From NCBI RefSeq assembly GCF_022539665.2, contig NC_081333.1:8184001-8248000 (forward strand): a stretch of 64,000 bases of DNA. Direction: 5' to 3'. Shown here one piece after another: positions 26,493 to 37,767 of this stretch. The translations under genes were made by a program, and so were the position numbers. The notes beneath the pieces are model-generated. The model saw nothing but the letters and a program-made list of their open reading frames with translations, was not told the DNA's origin and made no database searches. Source of the DNA: Daphnia carinata (taxonomy: Eukaryota). Each line of letters opens with the position of its first letter. Positions within the stretch are counted from its first letter, which is position 1.

Positions 26493-28712
26493 TAGCCTTA
26501 CCACTTTTGTCAAAATCGGCCTAAAATGACATCTCTGTGAATTCGATGAAAATCACACAGTACAATAAAAATTTAACGCTGATTTAAAAAAAGCCACTGG
26601 TTTACTTGTCAAATTATTCGTTTTTGAATTACACCGAATATTCGTACAAAAAATAAGAACGGTCGGGATTACTATTTAGTCAGGCTTAAATTTTTTTTCT
26701 GCAAAACTGGCATTATTGGGATTGCGAACATTACAAGATAGAATGAAAATTGAATGCTGATTCTGATAAATTGTTATTTTTTTCATTTAGTTAATGTTTT
26801 TTAAATACACTGAATAGTTTTGCTGAATCGCGCTAGCGCTATATCGTACTGGCGCGCTAGCATTGAGTCAAAAACTATGTAATTTAGATTAAAATAAATG
26901 CTATTTTCTTCATCCTTGATTGATTCCAAACCTATTTCATGTATAATTTGTCATATTTAAGTTAATTTAAAGTAGATAAATAAAATCAAACGCGCTTTTT
27001 TTTAAAGCCAGTCTACTTTAACTTGAATAACTCAAAAACTATGTATTTTCGATTAAAATAAATGTTATTTTCTTCATTCTTGATTGATTTGAAGCATAAA
27101 TCATGCTTAATTTGCTATAGTTAAGTTATTTTAAAGAAGTTAATTGAAATCAAACGCGCTATTCTTTAAAAAAAAATGTACTTTAACTTGAATAACTCAA
27201 AAACTATGTAATTTAGATTAAAATAAATGTTATTTTCGTCATCCTTGATTGATTTCGAACATAATTCATGCATAATTTGCCATAATTAAGTTATTTTAAA
27301 GAACTTAATTGAAATCAAGCGTGCTATTCTTTAAAGAAAATTTACTTTAACTTGAATAACTCAAAAACTATATAATTTAGATTAAAATAAATGTTATTTT
27401 CGTCATCCTTGATTGATTTCGAACATAACTCATGCGTAATTTGCCATAGTTAAGTTATTTTTAAGAAGTTAATTGAAATCAAACGCACTATTCTTTAAAG
27501 AAAATCTACTTTAACTTGAACAACTCAAAAACTATGTAATTTCGATTAAAATAAATGTTATTTTCGTCATCTTTGATTGATTTCAAACATAACTCATGCA
27601 TAATTTTCCATAGTTAAGTTATTTTCAAGAAGTTAATTGAAGTCAAACGCGCTATTCTTTAAAGAAAATCTACATTAACTTGAATAACTCAAAAGCTATA
27701 TAATTTAGATTAAAATAAATGTTATTTTCGTCATCCTTGATTGATTTCGAACATAACTCATGCGTAATTTTCCATAGTTAAGTTATTTTTAAGAAGTTAA
27801 TTGAAATCAAACGCGCTATTCTTTAAAGAAAATCTACTTTAACTTGAACAACTCAAAAACTATGTAATTTCGATTAAAATAAATGTCATTTTCGTCATCT
27901 TTGATTGATTTAAAACATAACTCATGCATAATTTTCCATAGTTAAGTTATTTTCAAGAAGTTAATTGAAGTCAAACGCGCTGTTCTTTAAAGAAAATCTA
28001 CTTTAACTTGAATAACTCAAAAACTATGCAATTTCGATTAAAATGAATGTTATTTCCTTCATCCTTGATTGATTTCGAACATAATTCATGCATAATTTGC
28101 CATAGTTAAGTTATTTTAAAGAAGTTAATTGAAATCAATGGCGCTTTATCATTAATGCAAATGTACTTTATCTTGAATAACACAGAAACTATGTATTCTA
28201 GATTAAAACAAATATTATGTTCTTCATCCTTGATTATTTTCGAACACAATTCATGCATAAGTTTGAGATAGGTAAGTTAATTTTTAGAAAATAGTTGAGC
28301 GCAAACGGTCTGTTAATGAAAATTTGTGCTAGATCGCGCTAGTGCTGTAGCGTACTGGCGCGCTAGTACTACGACAATTATTCAGTATATTTCAAAAACA
28401 ATTAACTTAATGGAAAAAATACCCTCTTTCCCGGAATCAGCATTCAATTTTTAGTATATCCTGTGATATTCAACCCATTCCGTTGTGTGTCCATTTTTGC
28501 AGGAAAAAAAAATAAGCCCTACTAAATAAGCCCGACTAAATAAGCCCGACTTTTCTTATTTTTTCGTTTTTTACCTTTAATTAAAAAACTATGAAGCCAA
28601 TTGAAAAACAAGTTTTTTTTTCCATGATAAGCATTCAATTCTGAATCGAAATCATGTACGTATTTTTAGCAAAATCTATAATTTAGCCAAAAATGAAAAA
28701 GTGCAAAGGCTA
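26493..28712. mobile_element. Putative non-autonomous element, copy 2 (~2.22 kb), head-to-tail with copy 1
   Basis: Same left arm (TAGCCTTACCAC at 26493) and right arm (GTGCAAAGGCTA ending 28712) as copy 1. It differs mainly by having five fewer 164-bp monomers. Confidence 0.6.
26873..28300 (+). repeat. 164-bp tandem array 2 (8 full monomers plus one diverged partial)
   Basis: The same motif recurs at 26873, 27037, 27202, 27366, 27530, 27694, 27858, 28022 and 28187. Confidence 0.95.
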
Positions 28713-29513
28713 TACCCAATAAGGCCTTACCACTTTTGTCAAAATCGGCCTAAAATGATATCTCTGTGAATTCGATGAAAATCGAAAAATTGTTAGTTTT
28801 TCATTAATTAAACCACTTTAGAAGTACATCGAATATTCCTGGTGCACCGCGCTTGTGCTATAGCGTACTGGCACGCTTGCATTTAATCAAATATTCGGTC
28901 TATCTCAAAAGAGATTAGACTTAACACTTCTGATTTCTAAATTAAAGTCCTGAAACGGTGGAGACGCGGCGTTCCATTTAATCTATATTTCTCTTGAGAA
29001 CTATAGTATTTTGTTCTCAGTAACACCATAGTCTGCGCTTCGACAGTTACGACACGTGAAATTGCCTGGAAATCTTTTGAAAGTAGCTGAAGTAGCTTGC
29101 CTCAAACGCGTCATCCTTTCACGTGAACGCCTACCTGCTTTTCCTTAGCAACCACATTTTTTTCACCGCTAAATGTCCAAGCATCATCCTCCGGGAGCTT
29201 TGCATGGCGCATGGCCCTGCACAAGGTATTTCTTTAAAAACCTTGGCATTGGTAACTTCACGAACATCGTGAGTCGTTAATAAACAAGTACACAAATATA
29301 GGGATATAACCACGATCAGTATAGTTGCTAACAAATTTAAACATTACAAAATTTAAGGTATGCAGGCAAATATCGACTTCCAATAATTAGGTCAGCTTAG
29401 AAAGTATCACTGAAATCAAATACAAAACGCAGTAATTCTTCGGAAGATAACAGAAATAGGCAACTGAAAGCAAAATTAGGATTATCTCGTATGGCGACCA
29501 GAAGAACTAGCTA

Positions 29514-31860
29514 TTAGCGAAGATGTTCTTCGGTATAGAGTTTAGCCAACAGTGCACTAATGGACAATCCTATTTTTCTCTTGGCTTTTCCGTATTCAAG
29601 ACAAGAAAGGAGAGTACTGGCAGATGCGCCAGCAGATCTCAACGCATCCATCAATGAGCTAGGCGTTGGATACACCTTAACGATAGCTTCGGCTTTTTCT
29701 CCTGATAAACCATGCAGTTGCATGAGCTGCTTGGCAAACATCTGTGTCACTGACAGAGGCTAAAGTTGAAACGAAATAGTTAATAAGATTAATTATTATT
29801 AGCGAATTTTGCTACTTGATCAAATGTCTGAAGTACAAATAACTTACTTTTAATTTGGTTGAATTGGTGTACAATTCTTTGAAAGTTATCAAACTTGTTT
29901 GCCAATCACTTCCTACCTTTTCCTGACAACCTCGACTTGTTACTGTTTTTCCCTAGTGAACACAATCAATGCGAAATAGTTATAATCGTACCTTTTAAAT
30001 AACACATTGATTTCTTACATGGTAAATTTCGGTCAGCTGTTTAGTCATCTGAACGAGGAAGGCTACAGAGTCGTCCGATTTTTGGGTCCATTGCACTTGA
30101 AATTTTTCTATAATCAGCGTATTGGCGATGGCTTGTAACACGCTTGTCTCCGGTAAACCAAGATTCTGCCGATTGCCGAACTCCTCAATCAAATAAATGG
30201 GGCGCACTAGTCCGCTGTGCTTTAACCGAAACTGTAAACAGATTGAAGATGGCAGGGCCGTAGAAGGTATTCGATAAAACCATTTTTACTAATACTTAGA
30301 AATGTTTGAGGTTTACTTTTTGTTCTTTAAATCGACCATCTTTAATACTCGATACGACATCGTCCATTCGTTTCCGTTCAACGACATACGGGAGGGTCAG
30401 TTCCTGATCACTGCTAATACCTGAACTTGCTTTAGGCTTACAAATCCACAAGTAATCGCCGATGGACAGCTTGCGTACGTCATAGGACACTCCACAGTTT
30501 TGAAAAGCTTTGGCTGCCGTTTCTTTTTGGTTCTTTCCAGAACCTGAACTTCTGCAGCAAATATCATGTTAATTATTTTGGTATCATTTCTTACACCTAG
30601 GTTACAATCCATACCCAGATACTTCAGCTATGTCGACACACAACACTATATCGTATTCACCCGCTTTCAGCGTCACTTTATCAGGGATATTAGTGTAGGG
30701 TACCTGCTGTTCTTCTACAACTAATGGTTCTTCTTGAATAGCTGGCTCAACTGGATTTGCGGCAACATCTACTCTGTTTGAATTAGAGAAGAGCCTCTGT
30801 TGGGCATACGTGTCAAATTCGTCATCGTCTATTAGGATGAGATCGTCGGGTTGCAAAATTCCATTTGATGTCGACGGTGTGTCAATGTCGCGTAATGTGT
30901 TCGGCCTAGAAGTTTTCGTGATTGCTTTTCGTACTCGCGTGGCTTTAGCTTCTCCCGTAGATGTAGCCTTTACAGGAGAAACTGATGTTGCAGGAAATTT
31001 GTCATCACATTCTGTATGAATGGCTGTCGAAGTGGTTGAGCCGTACAGTGTAGCTTCTGCTTCGTCCAGCCTGCATGCTAAACTCTTTCCCTTTTCTGTC
31101 AACTGGTATTTTGCAGGATTCCCTTTTTTATCCACCAATTCTTTGTTGATTAAAGTTGTCATTGATGACCAAGCACTATAATACTGTGCATTTACTACAT
31201 CAGTTTGGCAGAATGAAACATCAGTGTAGGGTTGAGCTAATTCTTGCAGATCCTTCTTTTTCAGATAACCATCAGCTGTGGCATGCTTGTGAAGCGCCAT
31301 GAGCAATGCATAAGCCCCTGATCGTCTGGTAGGAATGTATTCTTTAGGCTGGTGATTGGGATTTCTTTGAGGAATGGAAGGTCTCGACTGTTTGCTTGGT
31401 GGATTTTCATTTTCAGAGCTACCTGATTCAGAATGATTTCTAAGGCTACCTAAAATTAAGCAATAAGCCTTCAGTGTGAATGAATTTATTATTAATCAAA
31501 TGTAAGATTCACATGTTACCTCCACGGGATATATGCTCAGTAAGCTTCTTTTCTATTATTTTACATAACCCATCTCCAAAATGTTGAAGCACCTTGCATT
31601 CTTTGGCACTTTCAAGGACTAGTGGATATTTCTGTAAAGATTTCAATGCCTGAGAATGTTTGTTGACAAAATGATTTAGAAGCCTTGTAAATCACATCTA
31701 GTTTCAACATTACCTTGCCATAAACATATTGTAGTTTAGACTCCTTCCTTGCAGCATCTTCTTTCAATTCAATAAGCCACTTTTCAAAAAGGGGATTTGG
31801 ACAAGACTTTGGTTTTCGAGTTACCCGTACTCGCTTTTTAACACGACATGTCGTAGCCAT
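29514..31860 (-). CDS. MUS81: Crossover junction endonuclease MUS81 (XPF/ERCC4 family), 7 exons, ~636 aa
   Basis: Exons 31860-31714, 31649-31520, 31449-30615, 30551-30317, 30231-30019, 29952-29848 and 29759-29514, all GT-AG, total 1911 nt in frame. Contains the N-terminal HhH (CPNPLFEKWL...ALKSLQKYPL...LQHFGDGLC), winged helix (YIPTRRSGAYALL...YSAWSSMTTL), ERCC4 nuclease motif (GDYLW...VERKRMDD...SIKDGRFKEQK) and C-terminal HhH (QLMQLHGLSGEKA). Confidence 0.96.
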
Positions 31861-32510
31861 TTCTTATATTTACACTTTTAAAAATGACGTTTGGCTAATG
31901 GTACTTTTGTAGAGTTGCTCTACAACTTCAAAACCTTTGCTCCGTGTTCTTGAATAACAGCAATCTGGAATCCGAATTCATAGTTCCGGACTTCTACTAT
32001 AAATTTTTATGAAGAAACAAAATCATAAAAAAGTAAAAAAAAAAAAAAAACGTAAATCGTCGGTGATCAGCGAACAGTATCGAAGTTTCAGCTTCACTCT
32101 TCCGAATTGTTCGATCACAAAATAAAAAATTACAGTATCATCAAATAATTTTATTCTCAATTTCAATTCACGGGAAAAAAATTATGGCTTTTATCACATA
32201 TTAATGCCCCCTTACGATTCTAATGATTCCCTCTGACAATGCTTGTGCTTTCCGACTTTCCTACAGTAATGAAATTAACTACATACCTTGAAAAAAGTTA
32301 AAGATTTTCGTTTACTTCGCTTTTTAATTGCTGATGAACCTTTAGTTTGGTCAATACATATATAAAATTCATTATAAAACATCTTTTTTTTTTGTAGAGG
32401 CATAAATACTATTAAAAGAATTAAAATCAGATCTGTTTTAAAGAAATAATTTCTCAGGAGTCAGATTTAGAGGGAACCCTATAACTTTGCGAACTCCAGC
32501 ATGAGTTACT

Positions 32511-32846
32511 TCATTTGGATCGACGACGACGACTTTCGAGAACACTGCGATTGTTATTCTTCCAGTCACGTCCTAAATTGATGGATTTAAATGAATTTGT
32601 GGAAATATCGCAGATATGTAAATGACTAATGCATATGCTCTTACTTCCTACTGCTGCCACGATAGCGTTTTCTACGATCATGATACCATCTGACGTCGAC
32701 ATGAATTTCTTGACAGCTTCATAAAGAAGTGCGCTACCTTCTTCTGTAGCGAAAAATGCCGCCATGCACTTGGTTTCGTGAGATTCTACAATTCGAGATG
32801 GGGAATTTCCTTCCTTGGACAACGATACAGCAATTGCGTTCTCCAT
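32511..32846 (-). CDS. Small hypothetical protein (~87 aa if the 72-nt intron 32644-32573 is spliced, 111 aa unspliced)
   Basis: ATG-started ORF with protein-like composition and an in-frame GTAAG...TTTAG intron candidate. There may be an upstream exon at 33046-32970. No recognisable domain. Confidence 0.35.
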   Translation of the reverse strand: MENAIAVSLSKEGNSPSRIVESHETKCMAAFFATEEGSALLYEAVKKFMSTSDGIMIVENAIVAAVGSKSICISHLHICDISTNSFKSINLGRDWKNNNRSVLESRRRRSK

Positions 32847-33562
32847 TATTGGGTGGATAATTAATTATTAAAACTGGACAATTTAGAAAATAAAAAAAAG
32901 GGAATATGAAAATTAAATTTAAATATCAAATACTTCAATACTCACGCAAGCAAGATTAAATGAGCCTACCTGTAACTATGCCCTTGGAGCGAATGATGAA
33001 GGCCGACGAAAATCCTTGTGAAGAAGGACACTGGTTCCGTTGCCATATCAGTTGTTAAATTTTTATTTATAATTAAAACTTTTTAATATCATTGGTTGAT
33101 ACACTTGCAAATTTAAGAATGTGTGTTTTCTGCCGCACGGACCACAGGTTTTAAGGTAAGTAAGACTTTTTATTTAAATTAAATAAAGATGCATTGCGGC
33201 AGGCCGATTTTTCTAAATTATTTTCCCGATGACAACCCCGCAGATTTCCCAAAACAATTTCAGCGGGAATTTGTTTTAATCAAGTGATTGCATCAAATGG
33301 TACAAGATCACGTAAGCGGAACAATTGCGGTTTTCTAATCTTGTATCCTTCTTTACGCGCAAAGTTTGGAAGAATCAAAAACCGTGACAGCGCAAATAAA
33401 GTAACCAATTAGATGAAAAAAATGCCCAGTCACTGATCCCTGAAACAATTGAAGCGAAGCCACATACATTCAAGTGGTTGCTTCAAATGTTTGTGTAGTC
33501 GATAAATTATGCACTGACCAGTCTAGTCAGCCAAAAATCCTCATCGCTTCTGGTTAACAAAA

Positions 33563-34660
33563 CCTATCGTCGACTTAATTTCAACTAAAAATGATCAATT
33601 ATAGCACCGAATCATATGCGACTATATGTCCACCAGTTCAACTCTTGGGACTGTCATTATGGACGTTAATGAGTTTGATAATTGAGCACATAGCAAATCC
33701 ACATAGATTCCTAAGTCTGAGAGGATTCGTCGCTGACAAGTTAGGCAATAAAAAATCAATTTTAACAACCACTGTATTGTTAAACACTGTCACCTTGCCA
33801 TTGGTGCTATGGTTTGAATTAAATCATCGAAGTTACGACGTCAGCAGATCCAATCAAACCAGCTGTTCCGTTAATGACTCCGACATGGCACCGACCAGTT
33901 AGGTACGCACAAGTAGCTGCACCTTACCCACATCACTAGCCGTTCGCTTAGTTGGTTTCTACGCATCCTACACAACCAACTTCCTCTTAGACGCCAGCTG
34001 TCCTGACAATGATGGAGAAACATGGAAGGGACTTTGACCGATAGTAAACTATTTTCTATGGCAAGCATGACTGTTTTACCCCTCTACAACAGGGGTCTTA
34101 ATTGACAAGTTATCTTAATACAGAGGTATAGTATCTTAGAATTGGAGATTATAGAATCCATCAGCGGAACGGTTTGTTCTGGATAGCTATTCTATATTTA
34201 CAGAACTAGCATGCAGCACTACGTTATAGTTTGAGACTGCTTGCCCATTTTGCCAGGTTTTCGAGCCTTTTTCCCCGGTAGAATTTATCCATTCATCCAT
34301 AAAGTGTAAAACATCACCAAAGGCGACAAATGTCAGAAGGATCACGCCCAGCTCATCAAAGGTTTCCTTCGTAACGCTTGGCTTTTCAATAATTATGCAG
34401 CACCCATGGCTATTGTCGTGTCGCTAATGTATACGTGCCAATGCTATTTCGTTTATCATCTTTTGAAATAACATCACAACATTTTGTTTATGGATGCATA
34501 CAACCAAAATATTTTTGATAGGTGCTAATTTCAGGGATCCTTTGATCTGACTGTCATGTCTTATTAACTGGGCATTTGCGGGACCCGACCGTTTTCTCTC
34601 CACCGTTTTGGGAAATTATGTTTGCGACGTTGTTGCACAGGGAGTATTAATGATTTCTGT
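33563..34660 (+). pseudogene. Degenerate paralog of the downstream MFSD6-like transporter
   Basis: GFVADKLGNKKSILTTTVLLNTVTLPLVLWFE (from ~33723) aligns with GFVADKLGIYKPIIITAAFIVGFIQLPILWLE of the intact gene. PIVDLISTK/MINY (33563, frameshifted) matches PYVSIISTQIVNY. FLSTVLGNYVCDVVAQGVL (34593) matches FLGITTGSYFCAAAAPPGML. In-frame stop at 33900-33902. Confidence 0.7.
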
Positions 34661-35658
34661 GTGGGTTGGTCTCTCATGGTAACTAATCCCAAGTTGTTTC
34701 CTTTTTTTTTGTTTATCTAAACGGAATATACGCTCCGCTACCGTCTTTGGGGGCTCGGGACAGATCAATTGCCAAAACAACATTCTCTTGTTTTGCTCTC
34801 CTAAAAGGAAATGTTTTAGAAGCAATTTCTTGGGCAGGCTGAGACCTGGATGTAATACTTGGCAATGTTTTTGACGTCATCGCACGGGATACAATACGCT
34901 TATTTGGTGTTAAGTTTCATTGCTGGAAGTACGTCTTCTACGTAATTATCTGCTATTTCTTTCTGAAGAAAATTGTAGCAAGAAAAGCATTTGGCAGTTC
35001 ATCAAAGTTTGCCATTCACTACAGTTTGATTCTAAGAATGAAATATTACATTTATATTCATCTTTTTCGGCTCAGAATTCAACGGAGCGATTCATGGCGA
35101 CGTGGAAAACTCAGCAGGTGTTGGGCGTGCGAAGGATGGTAGAAAACAGGCTAATTAAATTGTTTAAGCATGGTGCCACCAGGTGCATTATTTGCGAGTT
35201 GCAATAAAGTTCTGCGCGCCTAGATTCATTATCCGACTTGGATTCTGTAATGGAGTGGTACTCTCTCTCTCAGACGGTAAATTTAATTAAGGCAAATAAA
35301 AGCTTTCGTTCGTATTTCATTGAATGGCAATTGTGCTATAGTGCCCCAGTTGCTAATTAACAGGAATTCATGTATTTCATTCATTTCGCTTATCGTCCGG
35401 AAAAACAGCGTCCTCTTTTAGTTATTGGTGACCTTGCCATTTAATGACTAGACGATTATTCAGAATATGGACTATGCCCTGTAACTGAATATCCCATGTT
35501 TCGTCTGTTTGATTATGGCGTGAGTTCGCATCAACGGAGCGCTATTTCCCTTGGAAGCAACCACATAGACTTAGTAATGTGGTCTTACTTTTAAGCCAAA
35601 CGTCAAGAAAGTTGGTCCAGTTGTAAGTGCAGGTTGTTAAATAACGAATACAGCCAAC

Positions 35659-37767
35659 ATGGAAGCAGCATTTCTTTACGTTAAATCTGCCATTTTCCCG
35701 ATAAATCTTGAATTATTGAAGTTGAAAACCATTTACTTTCTTTTCTACTCGTGTAAGTTAAAAATTTGTTCGCACCTCCATACAAGGTTTTATGAATTTG
35801 TCATATGCTTTAGCGTTGTTTGCGTCACTGCCTTATGTCTCCATTATCTCTACCCAAATCGTCAATTATCAGCAATTGTCTATCATCTTTTCCTGTGTCA
35901 CAGTTATTTCAACGGTGGGACCCATCGTCACAGGCAATAATTTCAGTCCTATGGTGTTTTAGGCAGCAATAAACATGACGAATTTGATGCAGGATTCGTA
36001 GCAGACAAATTGGGCATTTACAAGCCGATTATAATCACGGCTGCGTTCATTGTGGGATTCATTCAATTACCGATCCTCTGGCTAGAGACAGCGCACAAAA
36101 TCCATGTAGCTGAACGGAACGACACCGTTCAATTGGCTGGAAACGTAACACTGGCGCCCAGCTCTAACGCCGCCGTGCCACGGGACTACATTTTCCCCAT
36201 TTTATTGATGATTCGCGTTGTCGGCTTTATATTTTTTGATGCCGCTACGACGCTTCTAGATGCTGCTGGATTGGCAATGACGAAGAAGCACCAAGGAGAC
36301 TTTGCCAAGCAAAAAACGGCAGGCTTTCTGAGTATGATTTTTATTCCGGTATTGTGCGGTCTGTTGATTGACGCTATCTCAGATAAATTAGGTACACCCT
36401 ATTGCTCATTTCGGTGGGGGAGGATATGCCTAATTTTATCAATTCATTTGCAGGCTACAAGGATTACTCGATTGCGTTCTACATTGCCACCGGGTTTATA
36501 GTGATTCTTATGCCGATACTCTACAGAATGGAAGTCGAAGTTCAAATGAACAAGCAATCCATAATTTCAACAGCCAAAAAAGTTGTTGGCATGATCGACG
36601 TTGACGTTTTCCTTCTTGCCGAAATCTTCGTGGGTTCTTGTGAGTCGAACCGTTTTCTTTCTCGCTTCACTAATTCTCCGGATAAGGCGCTAACCATCTG
36701 ACACCCGTTTCTCTTTTTTCCTTGAGGTATGGGATTTCATATGGCATTTCTCAGCGTCTACGTCGATGTTGAGCTGATTGCATCTAAAACTCTATACGGT
36801 TGAATAATCAATACTTTTTCAAAATTTCTGCTTTTAAAAAAAAGGGTCAGAGCACTGAGATGTTTTTGTTTGCCTATACCCTGATTATATTCCAGGACTG
36901 GCTTCCAGCTGCGGCGGAATCAGTGCCGTGATTTCGTTATCTGTTGCAAAACCGATTATCGATCGGTTGGGTGAGGCGAATACGTTAGCATTCGGATTGG
37001 CGCTCTACTCCGTTCGATTCGTCATTTTTTATTTTTTACAGTTAAGTGTGTTAACAAACAGTTGCAGTGAACGTCTTGGTACGTTTCAAGAGCTGTACTA
37101 CTAATGGCAGTTGGAGAAATAATTTCTCGTCTATCTTTTCTCTGATCTCGTTCCAGAAATCCTTGGATACTTATTGTTACGGAATCATTAGAAGGATTCT
37201 GTGGGTTTCTCGGCATTACAACAGGCAGTTATTTTTGTGCAGCGGCTGCTCCACCAGGAATGCTGGCATCCGTAAAAAGCATTAATTACTGAACTTTTAG
37301 ATTAAATGACACGTCTAATTATATCAAGCTGTAATTGAAGACACGTTGCAATTACCTACAATTTAGCTTAACGGGATTCTGGCTGCAGCTACAATGGGTC
37401 TTGGTGAGTAAAACATCCTGACTCACAAAGCCTTCAGTTGTAATTGCAGATTGTCAACAATAGGTAGAGGACTCGGCACAGCTGTTGGAAGCTTCCTTAT
37501 ATCGTCTTATGGAATTCGATTGACGTATCTACTGTTTGCCATTCTATCTGGTTCCATAGCCATTCTCTACCTGACCGCCTACCACCTGGTTTTGAAAAAG
37601 ATGGAACGTCGAAGGCTGGCTCAGCCCAAACGAGGTCTCTAAGCCCATTCAACACTGTTTGACAAAAGACTTTCCAATTGACATGTTCCACGTCTGCAGA
37701 TGAAGTGACAATTGCAAATGCGAATGGTGATTCCAGTAAAGGCGATATTGAAGCCACAGTTCTCTAG
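35659..37767 (+). CDS. Major facilitator superfamily transporter, MFSD6-like, 10 exons
   Basis: Exons 35659-35752, 35814-35933, 35993-36391, 36454-36639, 36727-36798, 36896-37040, 37157-37271, 37367-37403, 37464-37634 and 37700-37767. The last intron is uncertain; the unspliced stop is at 37642. Multiple TM segments, N-terminal LLKLKTIYFLFY, MFS motif A-like GFVADKLG and IIDRLG, and NPW...E...APPGMLAS...GLGRGLG as in MFSD6/MFS_1-like proteins. Confidence 0.88.

Larger units (their letters stand above)
22380..28920. repeat. Structured AT-rich repeat complex: tandem inverted-arm elements with internal 164-bp arrays plus inverted and partial copies
   Basis: Near-identical ~770-bp spacer blocks recur (gcctctttcccggaatgagc at 23201 and 26221, variant at ~28422) between 164-bp arrays. 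22545-23187 is the reverse complement of ~25921-26713 with an internal deletion. The ORF track has nothing between 22070 and 29131. Confidence 0.93.

Noticed and set aside
23853..28300. CRISPR-like repeat-spacer array
   Set aside because: Monomers are contiguous 164-bp near-identical units with no unique spacers, there are no cas genes, and the context is eukaryotic.
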